DNA of 32,000 nt from Pseudoalteromonas translucida KMM 520 (lineage in GTDB: Bacteria; Pseudomonadota; Gammaproteobacteria; Enterobacterales; Alteromonadaceae): contig NZ_CP011035.1 of assembly GCF_001465295.1 (NCBI RefSeq), positions 90,001-122,000 on the forward strand, written 5' to 3'. Shown one piece after another: positions 8,271 through 14,658 of this stretch (positions are counted from its first letter, which is position 1; each line of letters opens with the position of its first letter). The position numbers were made by a program, and so were the translations under genes. The notes under the pieces are model-generated. The model did not search any database and had not been told where the DNA came from. It saw nothing but the letters and a program-made list of their open reading frames with translations.

Positions 8271-8997
8271 TATTTCCGTTTTTAATGAGTTCGGACTTCA
8301 AATCTTTAGAGAGTATATAGAAAGTAAAGGGCTTAAAGAGTTACCAAAAGATATTTTGATAGGTGAACAGTATTCGCAAGTTATTTCAAATGATATTTTT
8401 CTTGATGAGTCAAAAAGTTTTGAAGATAGATTAATGATGGCAAAGTACCTTGATGAAACTGTATCGGCAAATATCTTTGATTTATTCGATAATAAACCAG
8501 AATTTTGGAGTTGGATTTGTTGCTTATATATTGAACAAATAATTCAGAATGGTAAATTTAGTAAACCAGAACACTATATTTATATGCCTGGTAGAATAGT
8601 CTACAGACATTCTGTTGCAACGCCTGTAAGGCTATATAGGCAGCATGGCCATGATATTTCTAGAATGCTTATCAGTAATAAAATGCATGTGTGGGGCGAG
8701 CTAGCTGAGCAAATTAATGGGCGTCAATACTTAACTCGTTCAAAAAAGTTACTTAATTTCATTTGTAATTTATATTATGACAGAAATAAAGATAGCTTAA
8801 AGCCTAGTACTGGCTCTAAAATTTCTAGTAAATTATTAAAAAATGGAGAAAGATCAAGAGCTGGTGAAGGAGGGGCAAGAAGAGTTGCTTTACAGCTAAA
8901 AAGGTTATCACTTAATTATAAAGTAGATGCAATGGATGTAACTAGCATTAATTCCCTTTTACCTTCTGAATATGAAAAGTTTATAAGTAATAATTAA
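8263..8997 (+). CDS. hypothetical protein, 244 aa (operon gene 3), with a basic C-terminal segment
   Basis: AGGAG at 8246-8250 lies upstream of ATG 8263. The start overlaps the gene-2 stop (ATGATTAA). I recognised no motif. The C-terminal third is K/R-rich (KNGERSRAGEGGARRVALQLKR). Confidence 0.68.
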   Translation: MINISVFNEFGLQIFREYIESKGLKELPKDILIGEQYSQVISNDIFLDESKSFEDRLMMAKYLDETVSANIFDLFDNKPEFWSWICCLYIEQIIQNGKFSKPEHYIYMPGRIVYRHSVATPVRLYRQHGHDISRMLISNKMHVWGELAEQINGRQYLTRSKKLLNFICNLYYDRNKDSLKPSTGSKISSKLLKNGERSRAGEGGARRVALQLKRLSLNYKVDAMDVTSINSLLPSEYEKFISNN

Positions 8998-9004
8998 GTA
9001 GAGG

Positions 9005-10546
9005 CTAATCAAGCCCTCTTTCTGAAAGGGCAATGATTACCCCCCCAATCTGCTGTGCCAAATACGGTGGCACAGCATTACCTACCTGCACATACTGGTT
9101 AGTTCTCGTCCCTTCGAAAATATAATTATCAGGAAATGTTTGTATACGTGCGGCTTCACGTACGCTTAAACTTCTGCACTGCTGTGGGTCATAATGAACA
9201 AAGTAATGCCCATCTTTTGAGATATGGCTTGTGACTGTCGTTGCATATTTATTGGCAACTTGAACCCTAAATCGATCTGAATGTGTTCCAGTATTCCAAT
9301 TAGCATGGGCCGGGGCTAGTTCTTGTGGGAAATGACGAGATTTAGGTGATAAACCTTGGATTTTTGCATATGCTGCACAGTATGAGTAACGTAGTAAGTC
9401 ATCAACCATATGGCCTCTAGTTTCATGATTTAGAACTACTTTAAGGCTTGGATCGATATACCAAGATTTTAAAGGCTCTGGCATGATAGGAGCTTTGTTA
9501 CTTAAAGCTTTCTCTTTTCTTGTTAAGCCTATTTTTGGTAAAAGGTTCAAGCTATTTGCTGATTCTTCATTAAATTGCTTTGTCAGAATTACTTTTAATT
9601 TAGCTGCATTTTTAGTAACAGCTGTTTCCCAATCTTTTGCATTATCTTTTTGTTTTGAAAAGCCGCTGCGTAAATTTGGTAAGTCACTAATAACTTGTTC
9701 TACGGTAACTTGGTGTTCGCATAGCTTTAGTGTTTCTGGGGTTGCTTTAATATCCTCACGTACACCTAGTAAAATTACACGATGCCTAGCTTGAGGTATA
9801 CCGTATTGCTCACAACGAATTAAAAAATCAGCAGAATCTTTGTATTGTGGGTCTTCTGGATTGTCAGCATCAACGACTAATGAATAGACTTTATATTTTG
9901 GAATTTTTTTGTGTTTTGTTACTGAGCCAGGGCTGCGCAAATCTTCTAATATTTGCGGAAACATGACTTGGCCGTTCACTTTTGCCGTAAGTATCCCTCT
10001 TACATTTTCCATCACAAAAATATCAGGCTTCGCTAGGCAAATTACTTCTAAGTACTCTTTGTATAAAAAGTGGCGAGCATCATCTTCTGCTATGTAACTT
10101 TTGTTACCAGCATTTCGTGAACGTCCTGCAAGTGAATAGGCTTGGCATGGAGGGCCGCCGATTAGAACTTTTGGGCCTTTATGCTTTTTGACGAGTTCCT
10201 TTATGCGTTTATGGATTAGCTTATTGTCTTTGCCTAGTTCTTTTGCACCATTTAGAGTTTCTTTATTGGCTTCTGTTGCAACATCAGGATGGAGCTTGAA
10301 TAACTCATCTCTTGTAATTTCACCATGTAGATAACGATAGTAATTATTTAATGACTGAGATTTGGTTTTGAGTGTACGATAAAACGCACGAGTTGTTAAA
10401 GTTTGATGAGCATGGACATCCTTCTCAACAGAAATACCTATTTGAAAAGGTAATTTACCATCAGAAGTTTGAGCCGCTGAAATTCCTTCCCCAAGCCCAC
10501 CAGGGCCAGCGAATAAATCAATGACCAGAATTTCACCGTTTACCAT
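9005..10546 (-). CDS. dcm: DNA (cytosine-5)-methyltransferase
   Basis: All canonical C5-MTase motifs are present in order: I DLFAGPGGLGEG, II SVEKD..A..T, IV GGPPCQAYSLAGR, VI FVMENVRGIL, VIII QARHRVILLGV, IX REAARIQTFPDNYIFEG, X VGNAVPPYLA. 513 aa. Confidence 0.93.
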   Translation of the reverse strand: MVNGEILVIDLFAGPGGLGEGISAAQTSDGKLPFQIGISVEKDVHAHQTLTTRAFYRTLKTKSQSLNNYYRYLHGEITRDELFKLHPDVATEANKETLNGAKELGKDNKLIHKRIKELVKKHKGPKVLIGGPPCQAYSLAGRSRNAGNKSYIAEDDARHFLYKEYLEVICLAKPDIFVMENVRGILTAKVNGQVMFPQILEDLRSPGSVTKHKKIPKYKVYSLVVDADNPEDPQYKDSADFLIRCEQYGIPQARHRVILLGVREDIKATPETLKLCEHQVTVEQVISDLPNLRSGFSKQKDNAKDWETAVTKNAAKLKVILTKQFNEESANSLNLLPKIGLTRKEKALSNKAPIMPEPLKSWYIDPSLKVVLNHETRGHMVDDLLRYSYCAAYAKIQGLSPKSRHFPQELAPAHANWNTGTHSDRFRVQVANKYATTVTSHISKDGHYFVHYDPQQCRSLSVREAARIQTFPDNYIFEGTRTNQYVQVGNAVPPYLAQQIGGVIIALSERGLD

Positions 10547-10672
10547 AACTTTACTACTAAATAATTAAATGACGTAGGATGATACCAGGCTTATACATGG
10601 TCTTAAAGTTTTAAATAGCAGTACTACTGCTAATAGAGCAAATTAGCAACACTATTAGAAGTTTAAACACAG

Positions 10673-10925
10673 AAGCTGAGATAATTCCCCGTGATCACGC
10701 CCGAAATTGAAATAATGATGAGTAATTTACAGCATGGATGCTGTTGAAAAGCGTAGTTTGGCCACGGATGGCCTATCTACGCTGATTACGTTCATATCAT
10801 TAATTTGAATTGAGGAAGTAGTGTGATCCTCGGGGCGCCGTGGGGTTCCAAGGGGCGGTCGGCGGTATCCACCCCTTGGTTGCCATCGCCAACGCGATAT
10901 GTATAAATAATTTGCAATTAAAAAA
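10673..10925 (+). repeat. structured intergenic repeat (family A), right copy R1 (internally shorter)
   Basis: It shares with R3 the blocks gctgaga.aa..cc-gtgatcac.cccgaaattgaa.taatgatgagtaat, the 32-nt hairpin (10751-10782), gattacgttcatatcattaatt, gtgtgatcctcggggcgc, hairpin 2 (10848..10879), ggttgcc.tcgccaacgcga and tttgcaattaaaa. Confidence 0.75.
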
Positions 10926-10995
10926 TCGTATCACGATTTAAATTTTGTTCAATTACTTGCGTAATTAACTGCTCGTAAATACCAATCTGCTGCAT
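10918..10995 (-). pseudogene. 25-codon ORF stub (MQQIGIYEQLITQVIEQNLNRDTIF*), a possible 5' remnant of a larger gene truncated at the R1 repeat
   Basis: ATG at 10995-10993 is preceded by GGGAG (reverse complement of 11004-11008). The stop TAA (10920-10918) lies inside the conserved repeat module tttgcaattaaaa. Whether the stub is a real remnant is uncertain. Confidence 0.25.
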
Positions 10996-11149
10996 TAAAG
11001 CCACTCCCTGTTTGCGAACATTCAGTTTACTAAAATACGGTACAGCTACAAGTATTAATCGTCTAAGTTACTAGTAATTAAGTATAAACGTGTGAGTTAA
11101 GTACTAGGCGAGCGAGTAATTAAAGGATGATGCTAAGAAACCCTCCCCT

Positions 11150-11435
11150 TCAACTTCACCTGAAAACACATAATTAATGAGTAATTACCTCGCATGGAGG
11201 CGAGGAAAGCGATGCTTGCACATGGATGTGCTTTCATCGCGTTTACGTTCATATTAATTTAGTGTTTAAAGATAAGTGAAATTGAGGGGCGCTGTGGGGT
11301 TCCAAGGGGCGGTCGGCGCTTTAATTTGGTAAAGAGCGCCCCTTGGTTGCCGTCGCCAACGCGATATATAACTAATATTTGCAATTAAAAGCTCAAGCGC
11401 GAGGTAAACTCCCGCCTACAATTTGAAGGCTGACG
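11150..11435 (+). repeat. structured intergenic repeat (family A), copy R2 (sequence-divergent, structure-conserved)
   Basis: It has the same module order as R1/R3. Its hairpin 1 (11219-11250, gcgatgcttgcacatggatgtgctttcatcgc) differs in both arms yet still pairs. Hairpin 2 is at 11302-11346. The tail gcgcgaggtaaactcccgcctacaat is the reverse complement of a family-B module. Confidence 0.7.
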
Positions 11436-11439
11436 CTGA

Positions 11440-11775
11440 GACAACACTCCGTGATCACACCCGAAATTGAATTAATGATGAGTAATAAGCTGCGCATGGC
11501 GGAATTTTGTTCCCGACAAATTCCAAGTACCTAAATCCCTTTAGGCAATGCGCGATAAAGCGTAGCTTGGCCATGGATGGCCTATCTACGCTGATTACGT
11601 TCATATCATTAATTACAATTGAAGAAACAGTGTGATCCTCGGGGCGCTGTGAGATTCCAAAGAGAGACCAGCGTTTGCCTTTCTTTGGTTGCCGTCGCCA
11701 ACGCGACATATAACTCAAATTTGCAATTAAAAGCCTAAGCGCGAGGTAAGCCCCTGCCTACAATTTAAAGGTTTC
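11440..11775 (+). repeat. structured intergenic repeat (family A), copy R3 (longest; best match to the left inverted copy)
   Basis: See the alignment with 5137-5408. Hairpin 1 is at 11560-11591 and hairpin 2 at 11657-11688. Confidence 0.78.
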
Positions 11776-11851
11776 GGGCTTAGCGCAATGAGGCAATTAG
11801 TCATGCTATTCGCCTCATTATGTGAGGCGAATAATAATTGTATGTGTGGTA

Positions 11852-12832
11852 CTAAATTGCAAACTGAAAGGTTTGCGTTAGCAATGGCTGTATATTGGCA
11901 TTTTCCCTACGCTTTGGATCGATGCTAACAAATCCCCAAAATTCTAAAAAGCGATTGATGAATCGAGATTCAATCAGCCTGCCTAATAGCTTACTCGGGC
12001 TTGAGTATTGAGACGCTGGAGCGTGACTAAGTAACGCTGGGAATGCGGTAATGACTTCGTCAGTTAGTTGCTCGACCGAGGCATGTTTTTGTAGTCGCCA
12101 CAGCATAAATAGCCAAAATGCGCGCAGATCCACGCTATCGGTAAAGCTGTCGAAGTAACGCCAATTGTATTGCATGATGGCGGCTTCGAGCATAGGGAGG
12201 TAAAAAGCATTAATCCCCTGGGTTTGATACAGCTTTTGCGCCGATTTTTTAATATGAAAATGGCCACTTTTATAGTAAATAATACCGGCAACATCAGCCA
12301 AAGTACGCGTGTAGTGTAGGGCGTTAAACTTATCTTCGTTACTGCCTGAAAATTCACTAATACTGATATGGATAGGGTATTTAGAAACAGCAAAGTTAGG
12401 TAGTAGCTCAGAGGCTTGCTTGACTAATTTAGCAGGTAAATTGCCTTTAGCCGTTGCTTTAATTGAGCCGCCTTGTTGCATGGCTTCAGTAAATATTAAT
12501 GCTAAATAGCTCATCACTGGGCTACTTGATAAATCTGCTGGAGTATTAAAAGTAACTTTTGTTAATTCATTGAACGGGGCATAGAGCCAATTAGATATTT
12601 GCGTTGGGCAAAGCCCGCAAAAATCACTATCGGCTTGGTTATTTCGCGCAGCTATTGTTTGTTCTGCAACAAGGTTTAGCTCATCTAAACTTAACTCTGG
12701 ATTCATGGCTAAAGTTTGCGTTATGTCATCAAATATTTGTGCATGCTGTTTAGTAGATGCAGTGTTCATACAACAATGTTTGTGCTTTTTGCCACTGCCA
12801 CATGGGCAGGGATCGTTTCGTCCTAGTTTCAT
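11852..12832 (-). CDS. SEC-C metal-binding motif protein (N-terminal SecA-C-terminus-like zinc motif; remainder unassigned)
   Basis: 326 aa beginning MKLGRNDPCPCGSGKKHKHCC, the classic SEC-C CxC..(C/H)C motif. The rest of the protein has no motif I recognise. Confidence 0.8.
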   Translation of the reverse strand: MKLGRNDPCPCGSGKKHKHCCMNTASTKQHAQIFDDITQTLAMNPELSLDELNLVAEQTIAARNNQADSDFCGLCPTQISNWLYAPFNELTKVTFNTPADLSSSPVMSYLALIFTEAMQQGGSIKATAKGNLPAKLVKQASELLPNFAVSKYPIHISISEFSGSNEDKFNALHYTRTLADVAGIIYYKSGHFHIKKSAQKLYQTQGINAFYLPMLEAAIMQYNWRYFDSFTDSVDLRAFWLFMLWRLQKHASVEQLTDEVITAFPALLSHAPASQYSSPSKLLGRLIESRFINRFLEFWGFVSIDPKRRENANIQPLLTQTFQFAI

Positions 12833-12943
12833 TTATTAGCTCGTTCTGCGCAATATGGGTTTAGTGTTACATCATTATATTTGTTAGTAAATAAAAGCTA
12901 CGAGCTGAGGGCTAACTGGAAACTGACCGTGGATTGTTATTTT

Positions 12944-12980
12944 CTCTAAAGCGCAGCGCCTCATACCCTCTTTGTGAATT
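12944..12980. repeat. family-C repeat, second copy
   Basis: Near-identical to 684-721. Confidence 0.7.
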
Positions 12981-13042
12981 TTTTACTGGCTGTTTACTTA
13001 CTTAAGAGCTTCAGCATAATTTTGCCGAAGCTCGAAGCCTGA

Positions 13043-13993
13043 TTAATACCGGCGGTTGCGATTGTGCGGTTGCTCAAATTGTGTTTTAGGCCCTAGCGGT
13101 ACTACGCCGGTGGGGTTAATAGTTTTGTGGCTGGCGTAGTAGTGTATTTTGGTGTATTCCAAGTCAATGGTGTCTTTAATACCCGGTACTTGGTACAGCT
13201 CAGTGACATAGTTATATAGGTTAGGGTATTCGCTAATTTTTTGCTGATTACACTTAAAGTGGCCATGATACACAGCGTCAAAACGCACTAAAGTAGTAAA
13301 TAAGCGCCAGTCGGCCTCGGTAATTTGCTCACCAACTAAGTAGCGCTGTTTAGCTAGGCGTTGCTCTAACCAGTCTAGGCTTTCAAATAATGCACGGTAA
13401 GCGCTATTATAAGCACTTTGCGTGGTGGCAAAGCCTGCTTTATATACGCCGTTATTTACTGTGTTGTAAATGCGCTCGTTTACGCTGTCGATTTCTGCTC
13501 GCAGTGCTTGCGGATAGTAGTCGTCGGTGTTGCCGGTTAGCTCGTTAAACGCGGTATTTAAAATGCGCATGATATTCGATGATTCGTTATTAACTATAGT
13601 ATGGGTTTTTTTATCCCATAAAATAGGAATAGTGGCGCGGCCTTCGTAATTGGCATCGGCTTTTAAATACAATTGGTAGGCGTAATTTAGGTTATAAAGC
13701 GGATCGCCGTGCTCACCAAATTCCCAGCCATTTTCGAGCATTTCGGGCTTTACTACGCTAAGTGTAATTACGTTTTCGAGTTGCTTTAATTTACGCATTA
13801 TCATGGTGCGGTGAGCCCATGGGCAAGCTAGCGACACATATAAATGGTAACGTCCCGCTTCGGGTTTAAATTGGCTATCGGCGGCGTTTGAAATTTGTTG
13901 GGTAAAGCGGCTTGCTTGGCGTTCAAACTTACCACCCGATTTTTTGGTGTCGTACCATTGGTCAACCCATTTTCCGTCTACGATTAATCCCAT
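13043..13993 (-). CDS. yqjG: glutathionyl-hydroquinone reductase (Xi/omega-like GST), YqjG orthologue
   Basis: Collinear with E. coli YqjG as recalled (MG..IDG.W.D.WYDTK..GGKF.R; RYHLYVSLACPWAHRT.IMRKLK; VNNGVYKAGFAT.Q.AY; HKTINPTG). I chose the start at ATG 13993 (AAGGAG 5 nt upstream) rather than the track start at 14038, which lies inside a 34-bp palindrome. Confidence 0.9.
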   Translation of the reverse strand: MGLIVDGKWVDQWYDTKKSGGKFERQASRFTQQISNAADSQFKPEAGRYHLYVSLACPWAHRTMIMRKLKQLENVITLSVVKPEMLENGWEFGEHGDPLYNLNYAYQLYLKADANYEGRATIPILWDKKTHTIVNNESSNIMRILNTAFNELTGNTDDYYPQALRAEIDSVNERIYNTVNNGVYKAGFATTQSAYNSAYRALFESLDWLEQRLAKQRYLVGEQITEADWRLFTTLVRFDAVYHGHFKCNQQKISEYPNLYNYVTELYQVPGIKDTIDLEYTKIHYYASHKTINPTGVVPLGPKTQFEQPHNRNRRY

Positions 13994-14023
13994 TATTAAC
14001 TCCTTAATGTGCTGTAAATGCAT

Positions 14024-14057
14024 AAACACACACCGCATAGCTATGCGGTGTGTGTTT
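14024..14057 (-). terminator. 34-bp perfect palindrome between yqjF and yqjG (terminator or attenuator hairpin)
   Basis: aaacacacaccgcatag|ctatgcggtgtgtgttt pairs perfectly from 14024 to 14057. On the minus strand it is followed by a moderately T-rich stretch (tttatgcattt). Confidence 0.5.
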
Positions 14058-14070
14058 TAAATAACCAATA

Positions 14071-14526
14071 TTACGCTTTGTTTAAGTTACGGTTAATTAC
14101 ATTATCAAGTGAGAATTTACCGCCACCTTGGATAACTAAAGCCAGTGTGATTGCTAATAGCGCTAGGCCAAATTCGTAACCGTTGTTGCTCATAAATAAG
14201 CCGTTATCAATGTGAGTGGTAAATATAGCCACAACCATAGTAATAGCCAGTACAAAGCTAGCAGGTCTTGTTAGTAGGCCAACAATTAAAAATAAGCCAC
14301 CAAAAAATTCTGCACTACCTGCCATTAAGGCCATTAAAAACCCTGGTGCTAGGCCAATTGATTCCATCCATTGTCCTGTGCCTTCTAAGCCATAACCACC
14401 AAACCATGCAAATAATTTTTGTGCACCGTGAGCGGCAAAAATAATACCTGCAATAACGCGCAGTGGTACTGCAGCCAGTGATTGTTCAGTTTTAGTGATA
14501 ACGTTAGCAATATTTTTAATAGTCAT
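14071..14526 (-). CDS. yqjF: DoxX family inner-membrane protein, YqjF-like
   Basis: About 151 aa with four predicted TM helices and DoxX-like sequence (RVIAGIIFAAHGAQKLF..FGG.GL.GT). It sits next to yqjG, as in E. coli. I prefer the start at ATG 14526 (MTIKNI...) over the track start at 14580. Confidence 0.8.
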   Translation of the reverse strand: MTIKNIANVITKTEQSLAAVPLRVIAGIIFAAHGAQKLFAWFGGYGLEGTGQWMESIGLAPGFLMALMAGSAEFFGGLFLIVGLLTRPASFVLAITMVVAIFTTHIDNGLFMSNNGYEFGLALLAITLALVIQGGGKFSLDNVINRNLNKA

Positions 14527-14628
14527 AATTTTTACCCTTATTGATGTTAAGTAAGTATGTTTAATTGAGTATGTAGCCATTGTAGTTGTTGTTTTGTAAT
14601 TAAATAATGCCTATTATTTGCTTAATAT

Positions 14629-14645
14629 GTTCAAATAATTTGAAC
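14629..14645. promoter_or_regulatory. 17-bp perfect inverted repeat, candidate LysR-type (T-N11-A) operator in the divergent promoter region
   Basis: gttcaaat-a-atttgaac is a perfect palindrome containing T-N11-A (tcaaataatttga). It lies between divergent yqjF and the LysR gene, 14 nt before ATG 14659. Confidence 0.45.
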
Positions 14646-14658
14646 AGTTGTTATTTGG

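Larger units (their letters stand above)
5409..10672. other. low-GC accessory cassette (four genes; no integrase or transposase visible)
   Basis: Spot counts of single 60-nt lines give about 28-33% G+C inside (6001-6060, 7501-7560, 9601-9660) and about 42-53% in the adjacent HNH gene (3601-3660, 4381-4440). The composition switch coincides with the inner ends of the inverted family-A repeats. Confidence 0.65.

Noticed and set aside
9483-10097. Plus-strand ORFs 9483-9794 and 9909-10097
   Set aside because: They are antisense to the C5-MTase gene, whose ten ordered motifs leave no doubt about the true frame.
11455-11718. 87-aa minus-strand ORF
   Set aside because: It lies entirely inside repeat copy R3. 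The equivalent sequence in the other copies is not open, so it is a repeat-derived artefact.
10673-11775. Could the three tandem repeat copies be a CRISPR array?
   Set aside because: The units are about 250-330 bp rather than 24-48 bp, and they are imperfect and internally structured. The sequence between copies is not spacer-sized. No cas genes are in the window.
5137-11775. Could the flanking repeats be integron attC sites, making the cassette an integron gene cassette?
   Set aside because: I could not find RYYYAAC / GTTRRRY core sites at the repeat ends. The repeats are larger than typical attC sites. The cassette holds four genes in convergent orientation, and no intI or attI is visible. 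This cannot be fully excluded without the whole genome.
11790-11835. Hairpin attcgcctca-ttatg-tgaggcgaat downstream of the SEC-C gene as its terminator
   Set aside because: It is a good 10-bp stem, but no U-tract follows on either strand. It may instead be another repeat module, so I did not list it as a terminator.
12064-12393. 109-aa minus-strand ORF nested in the SEC-C gene
   Set aside because: It is in an alternative frame of the longer ORF on the same strand. It has no independent support.
13994-14038. N-terminal extensions proposed by the ORF track for yqjG (and similarly yqjF at 14527-14580, NPP at 23135-23182, hemH at 26996-27010, dgt at 22849-22878, GHKL gene at 5515-5544)
   Set aside because: Internal starts have better Shine-Dalgarno sequences, match the N-termini of known orthologues, or, for yqjG, avoid starting inside a 34-bp palindrome.
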